Assembly (NCBI GenBank): GCA_964016885.1
Contig: OZ024742.1
Coordinates: 364,870,001-364,934,000 of the forward strand
From: Eledone cirrhosa
Taxonomy: Eukaryota
Direction: 5' to 3'
Length of the DNA stretch: 64,000 nt
This document shows, piece by piece, positions 1-15,000 of this stretch (position 1 is the first letter of the stretch; each line of letters opens with the position of its first letter). Below the pieces are notes generated by a model. It was given only the letters and a program-made list of their open reading frames with translations, was not told the DNA's origin and made no database searches. The translations under genes were made by a program, and so were the position numbers.

Positions 1-3000
1 TTATATATTGGTAGAGAGAATTATATATTGGGAGAGAGAACTATATACTGGGAGAGAGAATTATATACTGGGAGAGAGAATTATATATTGGTAGGGAGAA
101 TTATATATTGGGAGAGAGAATAATATACTGGGAGAGAGAATTATATATTGGGAGAGAGAACTATATACTGGGAGAGAGAATTATATATTGGGAAAGAGAA
201 TTATATATTGGGAGAGGGAATTATATACTGGGAGAGAGAATTATATACTGGGAGAGAGAATTATATACTGGGATAGAAAATTATATATTGGTAGAGAGTA
301 TTATATACTGGGAGAGAGAATTATATATTGGTAGAGAGAATTATATATTGGTAAAGAGAATTATATACTGGGAGAGAGAATTATATATTGGTAGAAAGAA
401 TTATATATTGGTAGAGAATATTATATACTGGGACAGAGAACTATATATTGGTAGAGAGAAATATATACTGGGATAGAGAATTATATATTGGTAGAGAGTA
501 TTATATATTGGTAGAAAGAAGTATATATTCGTAGCGAGAATTATATATTGGTAGAGAGAATTATATACTGGTAGAGAGAATTATATATTGGGAGAGAGAA
601 ATATATACTGGTAGAGAGAATTATATATCGGTAGAGAGTATTATATATTGGGAGGGAGAATTATATACTGGGAGAAAGAATTATATGTTGGTAGAGAGAA
701 GTATATATTGGTAGAGAGTATTATATACTGAGAGAGAGAATTATATACTGGGAGAGATAATTATATATTGGTAGAGAGTATTATATACTATGAGAGAGAA
801 TTATATACTGGTAGAGAGAGTTATTTATTGGTAGAGAGAATTATATACTGGGGGAGAGTATTATATATTGGTAGAGAATATTATATACTGGGAGAGAGAA
901 CTATATCTTGGTAGAGACAATTATATACTGGGAGATATACTTATATACTGGGAGAGAGAATTATATATTGTGAGAGAGAATTATATATTGGTAGAGAGTA
1001 TTATATATTGGTAGAGAATATTATATATTGGGAGAGAGAATTATATATTGGGAGAGAGAATTATATATTGGTAGAAAGAAATATATACTGGTAGAGAGAA
1101 TTATATATTGGTAGAGAGAATTATATATTGGGAGAGAGAAATATATACTGGTAGAGAGAATTATATATTCGTAGAGAATATTATATATTGGTAGAGAGAA
1201 TTATATATTGGCAGAGAGAATTGTATGTTGGTAGAGAGAATTATATATTGGGAGAGAGAACTATATACTGGGAGAGAGAATTATATACTGGGAGAGAGAA
1301 TTATATATTGGTAGAGAGAATAATATACGGGGAGAGAGAATTATATATTGGGAGAGAGAACTATATACTGGGAGAGAGAATTATATACTGGGAGAGGAAA
1401 TTCTATACTGGAAGAGAGAATTATATATTGGTAGAGAGAATTATATACTGGTAAAGAGAATTATATATTGGTAGAGACAATTATATACTGGGAGAGAGAA
1501 TTAAATATTGGGAGAGAGAATTATATACTGGGAGAGAGAATTATATACTGGGATAGAAAATTATATATTGGTAGAGAGTATTATATACTGGGAGAGAGAA
1601 TTATATATTGGTAAAGAGAATTATATACTGGGAGAGAGAATTATATATTGGTAGAAAGAATTATATATTGGTAGAGAATATTATATACTGGGACAGAGAA
1701 CTATATATTGGTAGAGAGAAATATATACTGGGATAGAGAATTATATATTGGTAGAAAGAAGTATATATTGGTAGTGAGAATTATATATTGGTAGAGATAA
1801 TTATATACTGGGAGAGAGAATTATATACTGGTAGAGAGAATTATATACTGGGAGTGAGAATTATATACTGGTAGACAGAATTATATATTGGGAGAGAGAA
1901 TGATATATTGGGAGAGATAATGATATATTGGTAGAGAGTATATATTGGGAGAGAGATTTATATACTGGTAGACAGAATTATATATTGGGAGAGAGAAATA
2001 TATACTGGTAGAGAGAATTATAAATCAGTAGAGAGTATTATATATTGGGAGGGAGAATTATATACTGGGAGAGAGAATTATATGTTGGTAGAGAGAATTA
2101 TATATTGGGAGAGAGTATTATATACTGAGAGAGAGAATTACATACTGGGAGAGATAATTATATATTGGTAGAGAGTATTATATACTATGAGAGAGAATTA
2201 TATACTGGTAGAGAGAGTTATTTATTGGTAGAGAGAATTATATACTGGGGGAGAGTATTATATATTGGTAGAGAATATTATATACTGGTAGAGAGAACTA
2301 TATCTTGGTAGACACAATTATATACTGGGAGAGATACTTATATACTGGGAAAGAGAATTATATATTGTGAGAGAGAATTATGTATTGGTAGAGAGAATTA
2401 TATATTGGTAGAGAGTATTATATATTGGTAGAGAATATTATATATTGGGAGAGAGAATTATATATTGGGAGAGAGAATTATATATTGGTAGAAAGAAATA
2501 TATACTGGTAGAGAGAATTATATATTGGTAGAGAGAATGATATACTGTTAGACAGAATTATATATTGGGAGAGAGTATTATATACTGGGAGAGAGAATTA
2601 TATATTGGCAGACAGAATTATATACTGGTAGAGAGTATTATATATTGGGAGAGAGAATTATATATTGGTAGAGAGAATTATTTATTGGTAGAGAGAAATA
2701 TATACTGGTAGAAAGAATTATATATTGGTAGAAAGAATTATATACTATTAGACAGAATTATATATTGGGAGAGAGTATTATATACTGGGAGAGAGAATTA
2801 AATATTGGTAGAGAGAATTATATATTGGTAGACAGAATTATATATTGGTAGATAGTATTATATACTGGGAGAGAGAATTATATACTGGGAGAGATAATTA
2901 TATATTGGTAGAGAGAATTATATATTTGTAGACAGAATTATATATTGGTAGAGAGTATTATATACTGGGAGAGAGAATTATATATGGGTAGAGAGAATTA

Positions 3001-6000
3001 TATACTGGTAGACAGAATTATATATTGTGAGAGAGAATTATATATTGGTAGAGAGAATTATATGTTGGTAGAGAGAATTATATACTGGGAGATAAGAATT
3101 ATATATTGGTAGAGAGTATTATATACTGGGACAGAGAATTATATAATGGGAGATAGAATTATATAATGGGGAGAGAATTATATATTGGTAGAGAGTATTA
3201 TATACTATGAGAGAGTATTATATATTGGGAGAGAGAATTATATATTGGTAGAGAGAATTATATACTGGGAGAGAGAATTATATATTGGTAGAGAGAATTA
3301 TATATTGGGAGAGAGAAATATATATTGGGGGAGAGAATTATATATTGGCAGAGAGAATTATATATTGGTAGAGAGAATTATATACTGGGAGAGAGAATTA
3401 TATATTGGTAGAGAGAATTATATTTTGGGAGAGAGAATTATATATTGGGAGACAGAACTATATATTGGTAGAGAGAATTATATACTGGGAGAGAGAATTA
3501 TATATTGGCAGACAGAATTATATATTGGTAGAGAGTATTATATATTGGTAGACAGAAGTATGTACTGTTAGACAGAATTATATGCCGGTAAAGAGAATTA
3601 TATATTGGTAGAGAGGATATATATTGGTAGAGATAATTATATACTGGGAGAGAGAATTATATATTGGTAGAGAGTATTATATATTGGTAGAGAGAATTAT
3701 ATATTGGTAGAGAGAATTATATATTGGGAAAGGAAATTATATACTGGTAGAGAGAATTATATATTCGTAGAGAATATTATATATTGGTAGAGAGAATTAT
3801 ATATTGGCAGAGAGAATTATATATTGGTAGAGAGAATTATATATTGGGAGAGAGAACTATATACTGGGAGAGAGAATTATATACTGGGAGAGAGAATTAT
3901 ATATTGGTAGGGAGAATTATATATTGGGAGAGAGAATAATATACTGGGAGAGAGAATTATATATTGGGAGAGAGAACTATATACTGGGAGAGAGAATTAT
4001 ATATTGGGAAAGAGAATTATATATTGGGAGAGGGAATTATATACTGGGAGAGATAACTATATACTGGGAGAGATAATTGTATATTGGGAGAGAGAATTAT
4101 ATACTGGGAGAGGAAATTCTATACAGGAAGAGAGAATTATATATTGATAGAGAGAATTATATACTGGTAAAGAGAATTATATATTGGTAGAGACAATTAT
4201 ATACTGGGAGAGAGAATTAAATATTGGGAGAGAGAATTATATACTGGGAGAGAGAATTATATACTGGGATAGAAAATTATATATTGGTAGAGAGTATTAT
4301 ATACTGGGAGAGAGAATTATATATTGGTAGAGAGAATTATATATTGGTAAAGAGAATTATATACTGGGAGAGAGAATTATATATTGGTAGAGAATATTAT
4401 ATACTGGGACAGAGAACTATATATTGGTAGAGAGAATTATATACTGGGATAGAGAATTATATATTGGTAGAGAGTATTATATATTGGTAGAAAGAAGTAT
4501 ATATTGGTAGTGAGAATTATATATTGGTAGAGAGAATTATATACTGGGAGAGAGAATTATATACTGGTAGAGAGAATTACATATTGGGAGTGAGAATGAT
4601 ATATTGGTAGAGAGTATATATTGGGAGAGAGATTTATATACTGGTAGACATAATTATATATTGGGAGAGAGAAATATATACTGGTAGAGAGAATTATATA
4701 TCGGGAGAGAGAATTATATACTGGGAGAGAGAATTATATACTGGGGGAGAGTATTATATATTGGTAGAGAATATTATATATTGGGAGAGAGAATTATATA
4801 TTGGCAGAGAGAATTATATATTGGTATAAAGAAATATATACGGGTAGAGAGAATTATATATTGGTAGAGAGAATGATATACTGTTAGACAGAATTATATA
4901 TTGGCAGACATAATTATATATTGGTAGAGTGTATTATATATTGGGAGAGAGAATTATATATTGGTAGAGAGAATTATAAGCTGGGAGATAAGAATTATAT
5001 ATTGGTAGAGAGTATTATATACTGGGAGAGAGAATTATATAATGGGAGATAGAATTATATAATGGGGAGAGAATTATATATTGGTAGACAGAAGTATGTA
5101 CTGGTAGACAGAATTATATGCTGGTAGAGAGAATTATATATTTGGTAGAGAGGATTATATATTGGTAGAGAGAATTATATACTGGGACAGAGAATTATAT
5201 ATTGGTAGAGAGAATTATATATTGGGAGAGAGGACTATATATTGGTAGAGAGAATTATATATTTGGGAAGAGAATTATATATTGCTAGAGAGAATTATAT
5301 ATTGGTAGAGAGAATTATATACTGGGAGAGAGAATTATATATTGGTAGAGAGAATTATATTTTCGGAGAGAGAATTATATATTGGGGGAGAGAACTATAT
5401 ATTGGTAGAGAGAATTATATACCGGGAGAGAGAATTATATATTGGTAGACAGAATTATATATTTGGAGAGAGAATTATATATTTGTAGAGACTATTATAT
5501 ATTGGTAGACAGAAGTATGTACAGGTAGACAGAATTATATGCTGGTAGAGAGAATTATATATTGGTAGAGAGAATTATATACTGGGAGAGAGAATTATAT
5601 ATTGGTAGAGAGAATTATATATTGGTAGAGAGAACTATATATTGGTAGAGAGAATTATATATTGAGGGAGAGAATTATATATTGGCAGAGAGAATTATAT
5701 ATTGGTAGAGAGAATTATATACTGGGAGAGAGAATTATATACTGGTAGAGAGAATTATATTTTGGGAGAGAGAATTATATATTTGGGAGACAGAACTATA
5801 TATTGGTAGAGAGAATTATATACTGGGAGAGAGAATTATATATTGGCAGACAGAATTATATATTGGTAGAGAGAATTATATATTGGTAGAGAGTATTATA
5901 TATTTGTAGACAGAAGTATGTACTGGTAGACAGAATTATATGCTGGTAGAGAGAATTATATATTGGTAGAGAGGATATATATTGGTATAGAGAATTATAT

Positions 6001-9000
6001 ACTGGGAGAGAGAATTATATATTGGTAGAGGGAATTGTATATTGGTAGAGAGAAGTATATACTGGGAGAGAGAATTATATATTGGTAGAAAGTATTATAT
6101 ATTGGTAGAGAGAATTATATATTGGTAGAGAGAATTATATATTGGGAGAGAGAATTATATACTGGTAGAGAGAATTATATATTCGTAGAGAATATTATAT
6201 ATTGGTAGAGAGAATTATATATTGGCAGAGAGAATTATATATTGGTAGAGATAATTATATACTGGGAGAGAGAACTATATACTGGGAGAGAGAATTATAT
6301 ACTGGGAGAGAGAATTATATATTGGTTGAGAGAATTATATATTGGGAGAGAGAATAATATACTGGGAGAGAGAATTATATATCGGGAGAGAGAATTATAT
6401 ATTGGGAGAGAGAATAATATACTGGGAGAGAGAATTATATATTGGGAGAGAGAACTATATACTGGGAGAGAGAATTATATATTGGGAGAGAGAATTATAT
6501 ATTGGGAGAGGGAATTATATACTAGGAGAGACAACTATATACTGGGAGAGAGAATTATATATTGGGAGAGAGAATTATATACTGGGAGAGGGAATTCTAT
6601 GCTGGAAGAGAGAATTATATATTGGTAGAGAGAATTATATACTGGTAAAGAGAATTATATATTGGTAGAGACAATTATATACTGGGAGAGAGAATTAAAT
6701 ATTGGGAGAGAGAATTATATACTGGGAGAGAGAATTATATACTGGGATAGAAAATGATATATTGGTAGAGAGTATTATATACTGGGAGAGAGAATTATAT
6801 ATTGGTAGAGAGAATTATATATTGGTAAAGAGAATTGTATACTGGGAGAGAGAATTATATATTGGTAGAGAATATTATATACTGTGACAGAGAACTATAT
6901 ATTGGTAGAGAGAATTATATACTTTTAGAGAGATTTATATACTGGGAAAGGGAACTATATATTGGGAGAGAGAAATATATATTAGTAGAGAGAATTATAT
7001 ATTGGTAGAGAGTATTATATACTGGGAGAGAGAATTATATTATGGGAGATAGAATTATAAAATGGGGAGAGAATTATATATTGGTAGACAGAAGTATGTA
7101 CTGGTAGACAGAATTATATCCTGGTAGAGAGAATTATATATTGGTAAAGAGGATTATATATTGGTAGAGAGAATTATATACTGGGGCAGAGAATTATATA
7201 TTGGTAGAGAGAATTATATACTGGGAGAGAGAATTATATATTGGTAGAGAGAATTATATTTTCGGAGAGAGAATTATATATTGGTGGAGAGAACTATATA
7301 TTGGTAGAGAGAATTATATACCGGGAGAGAGAATTATATATTGGTAGACAGAATTATATATTGGGAGAGAGAATTATATATTGGTAGAGAGTATATATTG
7401 GGAGAGAGAATTATATACTGGTAGACAGAATTATATATTGGGAGAGAGAAATATATACTGGTAGAGAGAATTATATATTGGTAGAAGAGAGTATTATATA
7501 TTGTGAGAGAGAATTATATACTGGGAAAGAGAATTATATATTGGTAGAGAGAATTATATATTAGTAGAGAGTATTATATACTGAATGAGAGAATAATACT
7601 GGGAGAGATAATTATATGTTGGTAGAGAGAATTATATATTGGGATAGAGAATTATATATTGGTAGAGAGAATTATATATTGGTAGAGAGAATTATATACT
7701 GGGAGTGAGAATTATATATTGCTAGAGAGAATGATATACTGGGAGAGAGAATTATATACTGGGAGAGAGAATTATATAGTGGGAGAGTGAATTATATATT
7801 GGTAGAGAGAATTATATTTTTGGAGAGAGAATTATATAGTGGGAGAGAGAATTATATATTGGTAGACAGATTTATATATTAGGAGAGATAATTATATATT
7901 GGTAGAGAGAATTATATATAGATAGAGAGAATTAGATATTGGTAGAGAGAATTATATACTGGGAGAGAGAATTATATATTGGTAGAGAGACTTATATACT
8001 GGGAGACAGAATTATATACTGGGAGAGAGAATTATATATTGGTAGAGAGAATTATATATTGGTAGAGAGAATTATATATTGGTAGAGAGAATTATATACT
8101 GGGAGAGAGAATTATATATTGGTAGAGAGAATTATATATTGGGAGAGAGAATTATATACTGGTAGAGAGAATTATATATTGGGGGAGAGAATTATATACT
8201 GGTAGAGAGAATTATATATTGGTAGAGAGAATTATATACTGGGAGAGAGAATTATATATTGGTAGAGAGAATTATATATTGGTAGAGAGAATTATATAGT
8301 AGGAGAGAGAATTATGTATTGGTAGAGAGAATTATATATTGATAGAGAGTATTATATACTGGGAGAGAGAATTATATATTGGTAGAGAGAATTATATATT
8401 GGCAGAGAGAATTATATACTGGGAGAGAGAATTATATATTGGTAGAGAGAATTATATATTGGGAGAGAGAATTATATATTGGTAGAGAGAATTATATACT
8501 GGGAGAGAGAATTATATATTGGTAGAGAGAATTATATATTGGTAGAGAGAATTATATAGTGGGAGAGAGAATTATATATTGGTAGAGAGAAATATATATT
8601 GATAGAGAGAATTATATATTTGTAGAGAGATTTATATATTGGTACAGAGAATTATATACTGGGAGAGAGAATTATATATTGGTAGAGAGAATTATATATT
8701 GGTAAAGAGAATTATATACTGGGAGAGAGAATTATATATTGGTAGAGAGAATTATATATTGTTAAAGAATATTATATACTTGGAGAGAGAACTATATATT
8801 GGTAGAGGGTATTATATACTGCTAGAGAGAATTATATACTGGGAGAGAGAATTATATACTAGGAGAGAGAATTATATATTGGGAGAGAGAATTATATCTT
8901 GGTAGATAGAATTATATATTGGTAGAGAGAAATATATACTGGCAGAGAGAATGATATATTGGGAGAGAGAATTATATATTGGGAGAGTGAATTATATATT

Positions 9001-12000
9001 GGTAGAGAGTATATATTGGGAGAGAGAATTATATACTGGTAGACAGAATTATATTTTGGGATATAGAAATATATACTGGTAGAGAGAATTATATATTGGT
9101 AGAGAGTATTATATATTGTGAGAGAGAATTATATACTGGGAGAGAGAATTATATATTGGGAGAGAGAATTATATATTGGTAGAGAGTATTATATACTGAC
9201 AGAGAGAATTATATTCTGGGAGAGATAGTTATATATTGGTAGAGGGAATTATATATTGTGAGAGAGAATTATATATTGGTAGAGAGAATTATATACTGGG
9301 AGAGAGAATTATATACTGGGAGAGAGAATTATATACTGGGAGAGAGAATTATATACTGGGATAGAAAATTATATATTGGTAAAGAGAATTATATACTGGG
9401 AGAGAGAATTATATATTGGTAGAAAGAATTATATATTGGTAGAGAATATTATATACTGGGACAGAGAACTATATATTGGTAGAGAGAAATATATACTGGG
9501 ATAGAGAATTATATATTGGTAGAGAGTATTATATATTGGTAGAAAGAAGTATATATTCGTAGCGAGAATTATATATTGGTAGAGAGAATTATATACTGGT
9601 AGAGAGAATTATATATTGGGAGAGAGAAATATATACTGGTAGAGAGAATTATATATCGGTAGAGAGTATTATATATTGGGAGGGAGAATTATATACTGGG
9701 AGAAAGAATTATATGTTGGTAGAGAGAAGTATATATTGGTAGAGAGTATTATATACTGAGAGAGAGAATTATATACTGGGAGAGATAATTATATATTGGT
9801 AGAGAGTATTATATACTATGAGAGAGAATTATATACTGGTAGAGAGAGTTATTTATTGGTAGAGAGAATTATATACTGGGGGAGAGTATTATATATTGGT
9901 AGAGAATATTATATACTGGGAGAGAGAACTATATCTTGGTAGAGACAATTATATACTGGGAGATATACTTATATACTGGGAGAGAGAATTATATATTGTG
10001 AGAGAGAATTATATATTGGTAGAGAGTATTATATATTGGTAGAGAATATTATATATTGGGAGAGAGAATTATATATTGGGAGAGAGAATTATATATTGGT
10101 AGAAAGAAATATATACTGGTAGAAAGAATTATATATTGGTAGAGAGAATTATATATTGGGAGAGAGAAATATATACTGGTAGAGAGAATTATATATTCGT
10201 AGAGAATATTATATATTGGTAGAGAGAATTATATATTGGCAGAGAGAATTGTATGTTGGTAGAGAGAATTATATATTGGGAGAGAGAACTATATACTGGG
10301 AGAGAGAATTATATACTGGGAGAGAGAATTATATATTGGTAGAGAGAATAATATACGGGGAGAGAGAATTATATATTGGGAGAGAGAACTATATACTGGG
10401 AGAGAGAATTATATACTGGGAGAGGAAATTCTATACTGGAAGAGAGAATTATATATTGGTAGAGAGAATTATATACTGGTAAAGAGAATTATATATTGGT
10501 AGAGACGATTATATACTGGGAGAGAGAATTAAATATTGGGAGAGAGAATTATATACTGGGAGAGAGAATTATATACTGGGATAGAAAATTATATATTGGT
10601 AGAGAGTATTATATACTGGGAGAGAGAATTATATATTGGTAAAGAGAATTATATACTGGGAGAGAGAATTATATATTGGTAGAAAGAATTATATATTGGT
10701 AGAGAATATTATATACTGGGACAGAGAACTATATATTGGTAGAGAGAAATATATACTGGGATAGAGAATTATATATTGGTAGAGAGTATTATATATTGGT
10801 AGAAAGAAGTATATATTCGTAGCGAGAATTATATATTGGTAGAGAGAATTATATACTGGTAGAGAGAATTATATATTGGGAGAGAGAAATATATACTGGT
10901 AGAGAGAATTATATATCGGTAGAGAGTATTATATATTGGGAGGGAGAATTATATACTGGGAGAAAGAATTATATGTTGGTAGAGAGAAGTATATATTGGT
11001 AGAGAGTATTATATACTGAGAGAGAGAATTATATACTGGGAGAGATAATTATATATTGGTAGAGAGTATTATATACTATGAGAGAGAATTATATACTGGT
11101 AGAGAGAGTTATTTATTGGTAGAGAGAATTATATACTGGGGGAGAGTATTATATATTGGTAGAGAATATTATATACTGGGAGAGAGAACTATATCTTGGT
11201 AGAGACAATTATATACTGGGAGATATACTTATATACCGGGAGAGAGAATTATATATTGTGAGAGAGAATTATATATTGGTAGAGAGTATTATATATTGGT
11301 AGAGAATATTATATATTGCGAGAGAGAATTATATATTGGGAGAGAGAATTATATATTGGTAGAAAGAAATATATACTGGTAGAGAGAATTATATATTGGT
11401 AGAGAGAATTATATATTGGGAGAGAGAAATATATACTGGTAGAGAGAATTATATATTCGTAGAGAATATTATATATTGGTAGAGAGAATTATATATTGGC
11501 AGAGAGAATTGTATGTTGGTAGAGAGAATTATATATTGGGAGAGAGAACTATATACTGGGAGAGAGAATTATATACTGGGAGAGAGAATTATATATTGGT
11601 AGAGAGAATAATATACGGGGAGAGAGAATTATATATTGGGAGAGAGAACTATATACTGGGAGAGAGAATTATATACTGGGAGAGGAAATTCTATACTGGA
11701 AGAGAGAATTATATATTGGTAGGGAGAATTATATACTGGTAAAGAGAATTATATATTGGTAGAGACAATTATATACTGGGAGAGAGAATTAAATATTGGG
11801 AGAGAGAATTATATACTGGGAGAGAGAATTATATACTGGGATAGAAAATTATATATTGGTAGAGAGTATTATATACTGGGAGAGAGAATTATATATTGGT
11901 AAAGAGAATTATATACTGGGAGAGAGAATTATATATTGGTAGAAAGAATTATATATTGGTAGAGAATATTATATACTGGGACAGAGAACTATATATTGGT

Positions 12001-15000
12001 AGAGAGAAATATATACTGGGATAGAGAATTATATATTGGTAGAAAGAAGTATATATTGGTAGTGAGAATTATATATTGGTAGAGAGAATTATATACTGGG
12101 AGAGAGAATTATATACTGGTAGAGAGAATTATATACTGGGAGTGAGAATTATATACTGGTAGACAGAATTATATATTGGGAGAGAGAATGATATATTGGG
12201 AGTGATAATGATATATTGGTAGAGAGTATATATTGGGAGAGAGATTTATATACTGGTAGACAGAATTATATATTGGGAGAGAGAAATATATACTGGTAGA
12301 GAGAATTATAAATCGGTAGAGAGTATTATATATTGGGAGGGAGAATTATATACTGGGAGAGAGAATTATATGTTGGTAGAGAGAATTATATATTGGGAGA
12401 GAGTATTATATACTGAGAGAGAGAATTACATACTGGGAGAGATAATTATATATTGGTAGAGAGTATTATATACTATGAGAGAGAATTATATACTGGTAGA
12501 GAGAGTTACTTATTGGTAGAGAGAATTATATACTGGGGGAGAGTATTATATATTGGTAGAGAATATTATATACTGGGAGAGAGAACTATATCTTGGTAGA
12601 CACAATTATGTACTGGGAGAGATACTTATATACTGGGAGAGAGAATTATATATTGTGAGAGAGAATTATATATTGGTAGAGAGAATTATATATTGGTAGA
12701 GAGTATTATATATTGGTAGAGAATATTATATATTGGGAGAGAGAATTATATATTGGGAGAGAGAATTATATATTGGTAGAAAGAAATATATACTGGTAGA
12801 GAGAATTATATATTGGTAGAGAGAATGATATACTGTTAGACAGAATTATATATTGGGAGAGAGTATTATATACTGGGAGAGAGAATTATATATTGGCAGA
12901 CAGAATTATATACTGGTAGAGAGTATTATATATTGGGAGAGAGAATTATATATTGGTAGAGAGAATTATTTATTGGTAGAGAGAAATATATACTGGTAGA
13001 AAGAATTATATATTGGTAGAAAGAATTATATACTATTAGACAGAATTATATATTGGGAGAGAGTATTATATACTGGGAGAGAGAATTAAATATTGGTAGA
13101 GAGAATTATATATTGGTAGACAGAATTATATATTGGTAGATAGTATTATATACTGGGAGAGAGAATTATATACTGGGAGAGATAATTATATATTGGTAGA
13201 GAGAATTATATATTTGTAGACAGAATTATATATTTGTAGAGAGTATTATATACTGGGAGAGAGAATTATATATCGGTAGAGAGAATTATATACTGGTAGA
13301 CAGAATTATATATTGTGAGAGAGAATTATATATTGGTAGAGAGAATTATATGTTGGTAGAGAGAATTATATACTGGGAGATAAGAATTATATATTGGTAG
13401 AGAGTATTATATACTGGGAGAGAGAATTATATAATGGGAGATAGAATTATATAATGGGGAGAGAATTATATATTGGTAGAGAGTATTATATACTATGAGA
13501 GAGTATTATATATTGGGAGAGAGAATTATATATTGGTAGAGAGAATTATATACTGGGAGAGAGAATTATATATTGGTAGAGAGAATTATATATTGGGAGA
13601 GAGAAATATATATTGGGGGAGAGAATTATATATTGGCAGAGAGAATTATATATTGGTAGAGAGAATTATATACTGGGAGAGAGAATTATATATTGGTAGA
13701 GAGAATTATATTTTGGGAGAGAGAATTATATATTGGGAGACAGAACTATATATTGGTAGAGAGAATTATATACTGGGAGAGAGAATTATATATTGGCAGA
13801 CAGAATTATATATTGGTAGAGAGTATTATATATTGGTAGACAGAAGTATGTACTGTTAGACAGAATTATATGCCGGTAAAGAGAATTATATATTGGTAGA
13901 GAGGATATATATTGGTAGAGATAATTATATACTGGGAGAGAGAATTATATATTGGTAGAGAGTATTATATATTGGTAGAGAGAATTATATATTGGTAGAG
14001 AGAATTATATATTGGGAAAGGAAATTATATACTGGTAGAGAGAATTATATATTCGTAGAGAATATTATATATTGGTAGAGAGAATTATATATTGGCAGAG
14101 AGAATTATATATTGGTAGAGAGAATTATATATTGGGAGAGAGAACTATATACTGGGAGAGAGAATTATATACTGGGAAAGAGAATTATATATTGGTAGGG
14201 AGAATTATATATTGGGAGAGAGAATAATATACTGGGAGAGAGAATTATATATTGGGAGAGAGAACTATATACTGGGAGAGAGAATTATATATTGGGAAAG
14301 AGAATTATATATTGGGAGAGGGAATTATATACTGGGAGAGATAACTATATACTGGGAGAGATAATTGTATATTGGGAGAGAGAATTATATACTGGGAGAG
14401 GAAATTCTATACTGGAAGAGAGAATTATATATTGGTAGAGAGAATTATATACTGGTAAAGAGAATTATATATTGGTAGAGACAATTATATACTGGGAGAG
14501 AGAATTAAATATTGGGAGAGAGAATTATATACTGGGAGAGAGAATTATATACTGGGATAGAAAATTATATATTGGTAGAGAGTATTATATACTGGGAGAG
14601 AGAATTATATATTGGTAGAGAGAATTATATATTGGTAAAGAGAATTATATACTGGGAGAGAGAATTATATATTGGTAGAGAGAATTATATATTGGTAGAG
14701 AATATTATATACTGGGACAGAGAACTATATATTGGTAGAGAGAATTATATACTGGGATAGAGAATTATATATTGGTAGAGAGTATTATATATTGGTAGAA
14801 AGAAGTATATATTGGTAGTGAGAATTATATATTGGTAGAGAGAATTATATACTGGGAGAGAGAATTATATACTGGTAGAGAGAATTACATACTGGGAGTG
14901 AGAATGATATATTGGTAGAGAGTATATATTGGGAGAGAGATTTATATACTGGTAGACATAATTATATATTGGGAGAGAGAAATATATACTGGTAGAGAGA